Counted from the stretch's first letter, positions 13,171-25,485 are shown. The stretch: DNA of 64,000 nt from Octopus bimaculoides (GCF_001194135.2 NC_068985.1:81200233-81264232); one strand, 5' to 3'. The notes: generated by a model from the sequence alone, not told the origin. Numbers and translations are program-made.

Positions 13171-13334
13171 ATACAAATATGCAACAAGTTTCTTTCAGTT
13201 TCCATTTACCAAATCCATTCACAAGGCTTTGGTCATCCCGAGTCTATAGAGACATAGTTCTTCCAGTCTCTCCCAGAATATGTATATATATGTATATATA
13301 TACATATACGTACACATATATATATATATGTGTG

Positions 13335-13690
13335 TGTGTATGTATGTTTCCTCTTTCACTGTACAAATCTCATGTCAGGTCTCATCAAGCATTTCATTGT
13401 GTCCCTTGATGTGCACCCTTGTTGGACTAGAATCATTTTGTATGAGCTCAGGACATGTTCCACTGCTTGTCGGCCATGGCAGAGTGGGTATGCAGGGACA
13501 TTTGATGCCCTCACTTCACCAGATTTGTTTTTAAGCACAAGAGGTCATCATATGCAAATCTGACTAGAACACTGATTCTAAGAGGAGCCATATGCCATTT
13601 TGACCTGCAAGTATTTTGTTTGGGTCTTGACCACACCAGTATTAACATTCTAGGAAACCTGAAAAGTTCGGGGGCACTGTCCTCCTTTAA
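13335..13690 (-). mobile_element. Decayed non-LTR retrotransposon of the restriction-like endonuclease group (HERO/R2 superfamily), zinc-knuckle region
   Basis: Minus-strand frames give MAPLRISVLVRFAYDDL..TNLVK*G..PAYPLCHGRQAVEHVLSSYKMILVQQG, resembling RISFLIRSVYDLLPS..NL.KWG...CPLC...T.EHVLSSCKVAL.QGRYTWRH. Confidence 0.7.
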
Positions 13691-13884
13691 TTAATTTATA
13701 TGATAAAACATCAATAAACATGATCTTTATCTTTTACTAGGTGAGGATATATAATATTCCGTTTTGAGTTCAGTACATTACTTGTATACATATATGCATT
13801 GCTGTCTCCTCTTTGTCTTTTCTACTGCAATCACAGAGGTCATTCTCCAATCTCTGGCCAATAGATGTACTAACTCCTTTCTCC

Positions 13885-13924
<40 letters not shown>

Positions 13925-14924
13925 TTCTCTCCCTCCCTCTGTCCCTCCCTGCTTTTCTCTCACTCTTTCTCCCCCCTCTCTCTCTCCAGGAGCTGGCTGG
14001 TCTCGTGCCATGTCCACTCATTCATTCCTCCTCCTCTTATCATCCATGTTATATCGAATCTCAAAAATGAGTTAGAAACAACATAGTTGAAGTTATTTAT
14101 TGTACAGTGTATTGACTCCAATATATTACTGATATTATTGACCACATCAGCATTGAACAGACTAGAACCAGTATTGCTTCTCACTGGCAGTTTTCAACTC
14201 TTAACATAAAAGACTCAAACAAAATTCTTTAAGGCATTCAATAGGGTACTCCACCATTTGTTCCACTTCATTGCCTTTAAGCAATAAATATATTGATTTG
14301 GAATCATAAAAGATATAGAATCAATGTTTAATTCTTAAAAATAATCAAACTGAAAGGGAAAATAGACAAAAAAGCAGCAGCTGGCAAATAATTTATGGAA
14401 CAGTCTTTATAAACATAGCTGACAATGAAATAATTTCTCACCATCGAATTCAGTATTCTTGTTCTAAAAGAACTGTAGTACTGCTCTTCTTTACAACTTT
14501 GAATAAAGCATTATGCATAGAATTGTCTAAAACAGAAGTTCTCTGTTTAAGTAGATGCTCAGTACATCCTTAGCTTTTGGTTTGCTCTTCCTGAATTGGA
14601 TGGCTTCAAATGGAAGTGTTTTGTCTTTGTCTCAGAAAAGAAATTCACAATGCTGAGTGATATAGGAATTCTTCAGAACTGACAGTCTTTCCTTTGCATT
14701 ACTTCCTTTTGCTATAACATAAAAAAATTCCCATCTTTTTTTCCTCCCTACCTCACTTATCTGTTTTGTGAGTACTCATATACATATACCCACACAAATA
14801 TATATGTGTGTATGTATATCTATGTACATGTGTATATCTGTCTATGCATGTATGTATATGTATCATAGATTTCTCTCTGTCTCCCCTTCTCTCTCTCTGT
14901 CTCTCTCATCTATATATATATCTT

Positions 14925-15312
14925 TTATCTTTCACTTGTTTCAGTCATTGGACTGCAGCCATGCTGGGACACGATCTTGAAGGGTTTAGTGTCAAACAAA
15001 TCAACCCCAATACTTATTTTATTTTTAAGCCTAGCACTTATTCTGTCACTCTCTTTTTGCTGAACCGAGAAGTTACAGAGATATAATCAAACCAGCCCCA
15101 GTTGTCAAGTGGTGGTGGGGGTACAAACACAACACAAAGGCACATACACAAGTATACAAGTATATATGACAGGCTTTTTTCAGTTTTCTCCTACCATATC
15201 CACTCACAAGAATTTGGTTGGCCTCAGCTATAGCAGAAGACACTTGTCATGTAGTGAGACTTAACTCAGAATTATGTGGTTGAGAAGCAAGCCTGTTGCT
15301 ACACAGTCATGC
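14925..15312 (-). mobile_element. SINE family B
   Basis: Reverse complement of the family B tail and head. Confidence 0.8.
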
Positions 15313-16040
15313 CTTCATCATTATCATTTAGCATCCATTTTGCTGTATTTACATTGGTCAAATTGAATTTGTCAAGGCATGTTTTCTACACCTGGATGTC
15401 CTTCCTATGATCAAACTTCACCTGTTTCCAAGTAAGGTAATATTTTCTCCATGGCCAGAATGTTTTTCCTAGAAGACTGGAAATGAACAACCTTGCTTGT
15501 ATGATGATGATACTTGTTTACAACAGTTATGTCTAGAAATGGGTACACTCAAACACTTTTATACATAAACATATATAAATACATGCACACATACACACAT
15601 AAGGCTTCTTTCAGTTTCCATCTAACTAATCCACTTATAAGGCTGTAGACTTTTGTTTATGCATGTTTGGCTAACCATACAACTGGAAAGTTTATTACTC
15701 ATAAATTGCTTGTTGTTGTTTAACCTCTGGTGAACCCTAAGGAAAGAACTCTATAATCAAAGATACTCTACCCATAACATAACTTTGGTGTCCTTTTTAT
15801 GATGATATTTAAGGAGGATTTGGCTATTATTTGTAGCATTTTGAATTGTTTGTAATTTTTTGTTTCCTGTTTTAATAGAAGGAGGCTTATGTCAATTTTT
15901 TCCAGTGCATATAATAATTTTAAGTGTGCTAAATCTGAAGTAAGATTAAAATTATTTGTGACTGATTGGATGGTCATACAGTGGCCTCACTAATGTGATG
16001 ATATATATATATAATTAGTGGGACCAATGTGTGTGTGTAT

Positions 16041-16086
<46 letters not shown>

Positions 16087-17794
16087 AGTGTGTGTGGATG
16101 AATGAATGAATGGATGGATGGCTATTATAGAAATAGGTATTTCTCTGAATGTTGTCATAAGATCTGCTTGTAACATTACTCACCTTTGCCCTCCTGTATC
16201 AAACAGCAGTCTTTTCCATTTTCAATAGTGCAGTGGTTAGCTGGATTTCTAGTAAAATGAAATTGTTAATGTGTTCCACAAGAAATGATCAACAAAGAGT
16301 TGAAATTAAAGAAAAAAACAACTTATGTTTTAGCTGTGGAATTTATTTTTTAAAAAGTATGTATGTATATAAAATATAAGACTAACTGATTTGTAATAAC
16401 TTCATAACAGCATTTATATAGTTTGTTTAACGTAAGATTTGAACTGTATGTTATGATGACTTTATTGGTAATTATATTCCAACTTACTCCACTAATTATC
16501 CCAATCTGCTAGCCAGGATTGAATCTATAAAAAGAAAAGCACAATTTGATGCTTGTGAGTGTTAGTTTTTCAATAATTAATTGCTTTAAAATATATTTTA
16601 TTTTCATGTATTATAACACTGAGTGATGACATGAAAGGCCTAATTCTTAAGTTACATAGTGGTTAACTGAATCAAGAATCTATTTATTGACCCTCATTGG
16701 GGAAAGTTTTCAACATCTTTGTTGCTGTGTAATAAAGTATATCAAATAATGTCACTATCAATGTGGTTAAGGATCATCACCATAGTTCTATCAGTATTAA
16801 TGTATACAGTGATACATCTTTTATTTATTTTCCTATACTATATTTGTCAAATATGATATTTTCTACTTTTTGTTCCTCTAATCTTAACAAAGATTCCAGA
16901 CTAATCAATGCTTTGGTCTTTTCACCAGATTATCTGTAATTTTTTTAATATATTTTTTACAATTTTTTTGTTACTTGCGTTTATTTATTGTGATATTTTT
17001 GTTTATATTTTCATTAGATAAAAATGTGATGTAAAAACTATTGACAATTTTGTTTTCCAAGAATATTTAGATAACTTTATAGAACAAAAGCTAATCAAAC
17101 TTATACATGATATACAAGATTTATATAGGAACTAATTCATCTCTTCGTTCATATATAAAAATTGATAAAGAACTAAAATTTGATGAAATTTATTGATTAA
17201 ATATTCCAAGTGATCATTAAAGACTATTTAATTATAGCTGCAGTTGCTAAGATTACCTGCATAATCTTATGGGATATATGGTGGCCAAGGACTTATGGAA
17301 CTGTGCTAGATTATTTTGCTTTACAATAAAAATTACTCTCTAAAAAGACTTAAATTCAAAACCTGTCAGTAATGATTTTTTGTTGTTGTTTTTTTTAACA
17401 TTGAGACAACACACTTAAGTTAACAGTATGAAACAGATTGTTAATATTTTCATGAACCTCTCATGGTAGCATGATAGTAGATGAAACATAAATCTCCTTT
17501 GGCTAGGATACCAGTTATCCATTAGAGGATTTGAAACCAACATTGCAAATCAGTGGTAAGATATGAACCACCAAACCTCTCAGTTAGTTGTCAAATACCA
17601 TATTGATTCAGTCATCTGTAGCTTTATCTCAATTTACTTACCAAAAACATAGCTTAATGGTTGTCAATTTTACATCAATTTTACAGAGCTACAACTGTCT
17701 TCTTGGTCAATTGAGAGCTAAGTGTCTTGATCATAAACATTATGCTAATGTTTTAAATATTTTCTATTAGCAAAGGCATCTTTGAGGAACAGTA

Positions 17795-18611
17795 AACACA
17801 GTGAATTAGCAGGATCATTAGGACATTGGATAAAAGGCCTTGCCTTATTTGTTCTAGATCTTTACATTCTGAGTTCAAATTCTGTTGGGGTCAACTTTGT
17901 CTTTGATCCCTCTGGGGTCAATAAAATATAATACCAACCAAGACTGAGGTTGACTTAATCAACTAACATCCTCCTTGCAATTTAGGACTTATGTCTATGA
18001 CAAACAATTATTATTATAATCATTAGCAGAAACCTTGAAACATCTGGTAAAATACCTTGTGGTATTTAATTTCAACTCTTTTATATTCTGAGTTCAAATT
18101 CGGCTGAGGTCAGTTTTGACTTTGTTCCTTTTAAGTATTGATAAAATAAAGTAGCAGTCAAGTACTGGGGTCAATGTAATTGACTGACCCTCTCCTCTAA
18201 AATTTCTGGCTTTGTGCCAAAATTTAAAAGAATTATTAAGAATATGGTGAGCTTGCAGATCGTTAGCACACTGGACAAAATCCTCAGCAGCATTTCTTGT
18301 AGCTTTACATTCTGTGTTTAACTTTCAGTCCTCGTGCTTATCGAAGAAAGAATTATTATGAGGAAAATGAGAGCAGTGGATTAGCAGAATTGTTATAGCA
18401 TTCCCAAAAAACATGTTTTGTGGTATATGTTTAGGCACTCTATGCCCTGAGTTCAAATCCTGCTGAGGTCAACTTTGCTTTTCATCCTTTTAGGTGTCGA
18501 TGAAATAAAGTACCAGTCAGGAACTGGAGTTGATGATACTGATTAACCACATCACCTTAGAATTATTGGCCTTTTACCTAAGTTAGAAAAAGTTATTATT
18601 ATTATTATTAC

Positions 18612-18659
<48 letters not shown>

Positions 18660-19573
18660 GGCAGTGAGCTGGGAGAATCATGACCATGCCAGATGAAATG
18701 CTTAGCAGCCTTTCATCCATCATTATATTTGGAGTTCAAATTCTGCTAAGGTTGATTTTTACCTTTCATGCTTTCGGGGTCGATAAATTAAGTACCAGTG
18801 AAACACTGGAGTTGATGTAATCGACTAGTCTCCTGCCCAACACATTTGAGACCTTTTGCCTCCAGTAGAAAGGATTATTATTACTATTATTATTATTATT
18901 ATTATTATAATTATTATTATTATTAAGGTGGTAAGCTGGCAGAGATATTAAAATGTTGGAGAAAGTGCCTAATGGTATTTCTTCTGACTCATTTAATTCT
19001 GAGTTCAGATTCCACTGAGGTCGACTTTGCCTCTCAACCCTTTGGGGGTCAAGGAAATAATCACTAGTCAAGCGCTGGTGTCACCTCCCACAAAATTTCA
19101 GGTCTTGTGCCTATAGTAGAAGGAATTATTACCAAAACAGAAAAGGTTACAGAATCTGAAGAATGTGAAAAAATAAAAATAAAACTAAAAAAATGGTTTG
19201 CAACATTCTGTTATATTTCTTTTTGCTTTGATTTCATATTCATCTTTGGGTGAGAATTTTATAAATTAAGTGCATGTCAGGTACTAGGTTGATTTAATCA
19301 AGTAGATCTTTCGCTCAGTATATGGGGTGTTGTACCTATGAAAAAAAAAATTCTTTATTATGGAAGATGGTGCATAGTAGAAACGGTAGTGCTGAATGAA
19401 GGGCCTTATTTTTTTATTGTTTTTATTTAGTGTTACACTCTTTTCACATCTGAGCTCAAATACCTCAAGGTCAATTTACTTTTAATCTTTCTGAAGTGAA
19501 TTAAGTAAGGACTACCATTACTAGGGTAAATTTAATCAAATGCATTCCTCTGTCATTATTATTATGATCATTA

Positions 19574-19648
<75 letters not shown>

Positions 19649-19780
19649 TCCCCAAGATTGACTTTGCCTTTCACCCTTTTGGGGTTGATAAATTAAGTAC
19701 CAGTGTAATCGTTTTATCCCCTCCTCCAAAATGGCTGCCCTTGCGGGAAAATTTGAAACCATTGTTATCATTATTATTAC

Positions 19781-19833
<53 letters not shown>

Positions 19834-20229
19834 CACCAAGGTTGACTTTGCTTTTCATCCTTTCGGGGTCAATAAAATAAGTACTGGCTGAGTACTGGGG
19901 GGTGATGTAATCAACTATCCCCTTCCCTCAAATTTCAGGTTTCTGATCTTGTGCCTATTGTAGAAAGGATTATTATTATTATTATTATCGTTAGCGAGCT
20001 GGTAGAATTGTTAGCAAGCTGGGCAAAATGCTTAGTGGTATTTTGTCTGTCGTTACGGTCTGGGTTCAAATTCTGCCAGTGTCGACTTTGTCTTTATCTT
20101 TTGAGGTTGATAAAATAAGTACCAGTTGAGCACTGCGGTTGATGTAATCAACTTATCCCCCTCTAAAATTGCTGGCCTTGTCCCAAAACTTGAAAGTATT
20201 ATTATTATTATTGTTGTTATTTTTATTAA

Positions 20230-20261
<32 letters not shown>

Positions 20262-20262
20262 G
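17795..20262 (+). mobile_element. Cluster of about 11 co-oriented SINE family C copies separated by (ATT)n tails
   Basis: Recurring gagctggcagaat..ttagc..ctgagttcaaatt..aggtcgactttgcctttcatcctt..ggggtcgataaa.taagtacc; copy starts near 17795, 18025, 18241, 18370, 18658, 18925, 19210, 19360, 19650, 19833 and 19990. Confidence 0.85.
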
Positions 20263-20454
20263 ATAAAGAGAAGAGTTCTTTACTTTTGTATACGATTGAC
20301 ACAATCCATCACTAAGGTAAACATAGCTGACGTAATCCATCATCAAGGCCAACTTAATAACAAAAAGCGCAACTCGAAAGTAACTTATTTATTTTCGCTT
20401 TGAACAATATATTTCGGCATCTCGTGTGCCTTCAACAGGTTCAAAATAAGTGTC
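20263..20454 (-). mobile_element. Penelope-like pseudo-LTR remnant
   Basis: On the minus strand a hammerhead motif is followed within about 15 nt by AATAAA, the known PLE terminal-repeat layout. Confidence 0.6.
20399..20445 (-). ncRNA. Minimal type I hammerhead ribozyme motif (variant core)
   Basis: Minus strand TTTGAAC-CTGTTGA-A-GGCA cacgaga TGCC-GAAA-TATA-T-T-GTTCAAA: perfect 7-bp stem I, 4-bp stem II, palindromic stem III (AAUAUAUU); core CUGUUGA instead of CUGANGA. Confidence 0.72.
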
Positions 20455-20892
20455 AGTCTAAGAGCTCTCATAGACTTCTTCAAGTTTCACTTGGAAAGGA
20501 AATTGAGAGTGGAGAGGAAAGTGCTGTCCTTGAGTGAGTTTATTGAAAGGTGGGTGAAAGTTGAGAAAATGGCAAGAGTGACCTGTGAGTTGGAGAGAAG
20601 GAATTGGAGAGGGCACTTGCTCCTAGGGTTTCAGAAAAGCCTCAGACAGTGGGCTTCCTCGATTATCCCTAGAGGCCTTCCTGTATCAGGAGAGCTACAG
20701 CTCTATTATCCTCCCTGCCCTTTTTTTTCTCAAACCTTTGTATGCTATGCATACGTCCCTTCTTTTTCAGTGTATACCGTATACACTTACGTTCTATTTT
20801 TTTTTATCCTTTCATTATATGTAAATAACCACAGTTTATGTCTATCTTTGTATTGACCCCTCACCCTTCGCCCTTGTGGCAAATAAATGAAA
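20455..20892 (+). mobile_element. L1/Tx1-clade LINE 3' end and 3'UTR
   Basis: RALIDFFKFHLERKLRVERKVLSLSEFIERWVKV; same family as 63700-64000; ends cccttgtggcaaataaatgaaat. Confidence 0.7.
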
Positions 20893-20904
20893 TCCTCATC
20901 ATCA

Positions 20905-20937
<33 letters not shown>

Positions 20938-20942
20938 GAAAA

Positions 20943-21415
20943 GGTGTTGGTAGAAATTCCATTTGCTGTACTCATTGCAAGCTATGGACTCATAAGTGGT
21001 ACAGTGGAATCACAGGAAGGTCAATAGAGAAAGTAGTCTTTGTGTGTGTTTGATGTGCAGGTACATGAACACTAAGGATGTGCAGGAAGTAGATTCCCTC
21101 AAATGTGCAGGGGAAACCTTGGCAGTAGTAGATAGCTTTCATTATCTAGTCGACCAAATTAGCAGCAGTGGATGTTGGTCTGAAAGCATAATTACTAGAA
21201 TAAGAACTGGCTGGGCAAAGTTCACAGAGCAATAACCTTTGTTGCCCACAAATGGCCACCCCTTCAGATTGAAAGGCAGATGATACGATGCTTGTGTGTG
21301 GACAGCTATGCTACATGACAGCAAAACATGGACTGTGACAGCAGTGGATATGTGAAGGCTTGAATGAGATGAAGACAACATCTAGTGGATGTGCAATGTT
21401 AGTGTGCATGTACGG
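20943..21415 (+). mobile_element. RTE-clade LINE ORF fragment (post-RT region with Cys/His finger)
   Basis: GVGRNSICCTHCKLWTHKWYSGITG..FVC..C / LAVVDSFHYLVDQISSSG..SIITRIRTGWAKF..*PLL..LKGR*YDACV..AMLHDSKTW, with stops and frameshifts. Confidence 0.85.
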
Positions 21416-23217
21416 CAAGTGTAAATGTTTTCAGAAGCTTTCCTGCATTAGGGGGACTGCATCATCCATTTGTACACTTATCCTGTATACTAGTATATTT
21501 TTTATCTCATTGTCCACCTTTTCCTTTCTTCCTCTCATCTTTTATGTGAACCCTCACACAAATTGTAAACTGTCCTTGTCGTGTCCCCTTTATCTGATCT
21601 CCTGTGGCAGATGAAAGAACTCATCAACATCATAATCATTATTATTGTGTTTCAACACAGTTTAATGTGCATATTTTTGCACACCTTGCAGAATTTCGAT
21701 TTCTCACATGCTTAAATGAAGTAAAAGATATAGAAAGCATTTCTCTGCAAATTCTTTCTTTACAAACACTTCTGGATCACTCTGGAGATAACTCTCATAC
21801 CAAAGGCAATGCAAAATATGTTATTTTAGGACACTTTTAAACAATGTCTTGTGTTCAAATTCAACCTAAGATGGCTACTAGCCAGAGTGAAACAACTCCC
21901 ACTAAGAAAGTCAAATGAATGCAACAGTGTAGAAAACATTAAAACAGAGAAAAAGTTAAGTGGACTGAGGGACAAAAAAACATGCATTATGCAGAAAAAA
22001 TAACAATTTTACAGATAACAATGCCATGTTACAAATGATGATAAAAACAACAGCAATAACAATAAAAATGTATGCAAATTTTATCTAATGAAAAAACAAT
22101 CAGCTTAAACTGTCAGTTTTTTGTCTGTCAGCACTGCTAATAACAAACATAACAAACATGAGCCAGCAAACTGAGAAGCATTTTGCTTCACTGGATTTTG
22201 CAAGCTTGAAGTCTGTCCCTGCCAAGACTAATCACCCAACAGTAAGAGTTGAGAAAGGATATCTATCTTTGCATTGCCAAAAATGGAACAGGAGTTCTTG
22301 TGCAGCTCATCACCACTCAAATAAATAAATAAATAAAAAGAAAAAACAAAACAAAACATAATACACTAACAAAAATTTAGAATAACACATAATTAGATGT
22401 AGCCCTGGCTGATATGTGGAGAAATGTCTCTTTTGTTAGTTTAAAGCAGGCCTTATGGAACCATGTACCTAGTTTTAAAGCTGAGTATTGGGCAAAGAAG
22501 CTAGCTGAGCCAGTGTATCACTCAACTTTCCATACATAATGTTATAATATGTGTTTGATGTGATAGGAGGATTACAGCCAAGAATACTGACAAATCTCCT
22601 TTGTTTGCCATTAGTTTTGGTAATCTGGAATGACAAATTTTGGGGTGGGGTCTCAATAGACATGCATATTGGCTTCATCATCTCCTTAAAAAACTACAAA
22701 GCCACATTGAATTGTTTGCTATCAAGGGTGCTGAGGGAAAGGCTATAAAACTGGTGGGGCAAGGCTGAAGGCCTAGCTACTAGGTGTGTGGCAGTGAAGG
22801 CCTTTTGAGCAGAACAGCTGCCCAGAACAACTCAAGAAGCAGAGAGAGTGATGATATATTTTGTGTATAAGAATTTTACACCATTTTCATTAACAGAATT
22901 ATTTTGAGCCAGTGAGAGAGCTTTTGTATGTTGGCTAAACCTGTAAGAAATAACAGTCAAATCCTCCTTAGATCACACTATAACAGTTTTTAAAATGGAA
23001 GAACACAAATGGACAGTGTAGTCTTAGATAGATTAAACTTGAAAGCATTGTGCCTATGGAAAAAAAAATGGAATGGTCACAACTAGAATTCCTTTAGTTA
23101 TATCTTCTTAGTCAGGCTGACTTGAAACTAAGCAACAAGCTTATCACAACCACCACCAACTCAACAGCAGCAACAACAACAACAACATGTCTACCTTCAA
23201 TAACAATCTCCTTACAA

Positions 23218-23788
23218 CAGGGGTTGGCAAACCAGGGTTAAATTACCCAAGTGGGGTAAAAATGAAGTTCTTGGTGGTAATGAGAACTCATTAAAGATAA
23301 GTAAAATTATATAAATAACATGTTCCTTGTCACAACAGAAATTTTTCCTGTGGAATGAGGAGGAAGTCAAAAAGTTGCTGCCTTTTGAAGCAATCTACCT
23401 TTGTGAACAAGGATTTTCCTCTCTAATGAACATAAAAACAAAGCAGAGTAATCAATTGGACTTTGAAGACTGTATTCAAATTGCTCTGGCATCAAAATTT
23501 CCCAATTTGGTGTAATTGTAATAAAAATGAAACAATATCATTTCTTCAAAACCTGAAGTGGAAAAGTTTCTAGAAAAATCCTTTTGTTTCCTAATGAGGG
23601 TATTAATTATTTTATCACATTTGTTTTATACTTGTTTATATTCATAATTGTATTCTCCATATAAATAGATTCAATAAACCTTTTTAATTCTCAGTATCTA
23701 TGATTTTCTTTTTTTCAAATGAAGGGAGTAACATTGGCGTAAATAAATATATTTTGGGGTAATTGTTTAAAAAGTCCCCCAGCCCCTG
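23218..23788 (+). mobile_element. hAT (Charlie-like) internal-deletion derivative with 8-bp TSD
   Basis: TIRs CAGGGGTTGGCAAAC / GTCCCCCAGCCCCTG (11/15 match); identical flanks CCTTACAA; carries the dimerisation-domain remnant LLPFEAIYLCEQGFSSLMNIKTKQSNQLDFEDCIQIAL. Confidence 0.92.
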
Positions 23789-25304
23789 CCTTACAATATC
23801 TGTCACAAACATCAGCTACATCACAGACATAAAGGAACTCCTCTACCAGTGGTTCTTAACCTGGTTGGCAGTTGTTAGGGAAACCAGATGCTTTAGAGTG
23901 TTTAGGAATTTTCTTAGAAATAAAATATTTAAACTAAATACAATACTTATACTTCAAATACATTTTCAAAATCATCTGTGATGACAGAATATGGAAAGGA
24001 GGTTCTGTTAGCAGTGAACATGAATTGGATTCATAAGATGTTAGCAATGTCCAATATAACTTCATTATGTAAGTCCTTGTTTTCTTGCTTTATTTAATAA
24101 TATACATAAAAAATTAACATAGAGACCCCCAACCCATACTGTGTATCGAAATTATTTTCACACTGGTAGCTGCCATGATTTTGGCACAAAACAAACCAGT
24201 TGAAGCGCAGACTTCAATACGACAGGTTGAAGGTCTCTATCATGGTAACATGTGCTGAGGAAGCTGAGGCTATTTGCCAGTGCAGAAACCGGTCCACATG
24301 AGTTCAAATACTTGAATGTATGCCGGGAGATTCTCTTAGCCCATTTGCCTTTGGATGGTTGATTTCTGTAGTTATTACTTGTGTATTTTGGTGACTTAAA
24401 TAAGAGTTTTGACTGTTATTTCCAGCAAGTAGACATACTTAGTATGTCCTTTGATTAATTTTAATCCTTCAGTTATTCAATGCTTTGGGGGGGGGGCTGC
24501 AATCGCCTATATTATTGGTTCTGTTATCATTTTTGAATTGTTACACTAGATAATAACAGAGTCAATGATATCTTAGCAAATTATTTTTATGTGAATTATG
24601 TTTTCTTGTGAATTATTTGCTCCATATATATATATTTATATATATAGTAGTGTATAAGGTGAGAGTATATAAAGATGAACTCCAGCTCTCAAGAATTTAG
24701 ATTACATTTAAAATATAAGTTTTGAACTATACTCACTACTTAAGACTATTTGGCACTATTTCACACCAGTTATAAGTGTTGGCTTTTTGTTTAATGTATA
24801 GGAAACTTTTACAATGCAAACATATGTCTTTGTGACATGTTTTAATATATGCTGAACCTAAAATCAACACTTGAAACTTACAGTTACCTACAATTAATTA
24901 TATAAAGGTTATGAAAGTTATAAAGTATTCTTCTTGTTGATGAAAATGATATTCCAGTTGTTATTGAGGCATTATATGAGTAGTTTGGCACTTAACGTTG
25001 ATGCCACCTCAGTATTCCTTTAACAGCCATGCTAGCGTCCAGTAGAACACATTACTAAGCAACACAATCTTTATTAAACTTCAGCCTATACATTTCAAAT
25101 AGGCGCAAAACACTGCCAATTACTTATCGTTATCAACATCTAATATACCTGGTTGATGTAGTGTTAATACTAGTTATATCGTTTAATGGTTGTCTCTCAA
25201 GTCTGAAGAAGACAGTTTTGCAATTTCTTGCTGAACAATCTGCATGGCTGATTTATTTATAGTGACAAAATATTTGTGTTATACATTATCTCACTTCCTC
25301 TATC

Positions 25305-25485
25305 AGATCGACATTGCCTGTAATGGTGTACAATATGCTACATGTCAGATGTCGAAGTGATCACAGAACAACATGAGATGAAGTGTTTTGCTCAAGAACA
25401 AAACATAACACCCAGTTCAGAAATCAAAGCCACAATTTCACAATTGTAAGTGTAACACTCTAGCCACTAGGCTGTGTGTCTTCAC
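25305..25485 (-). mobile_element. tRNA-headed SINE (family A-like head)
   Basis: Reverse complement: gaagacacacagcctagtggctagagtg..ttgttcttgagcaaaacacttcatctc. Confidence 0.7.

Noticed and set aside
14050-14400. Possible LINE endonuclease remnant (VLLLTGSF)
   Set aside because: Too degenerate to call.
17795-20262. CRISPR-like repeat/spacer appearance
   Set aside because: Eukaryotic context; units are about 200-280 bp divergent SINEs, with no cas genes.
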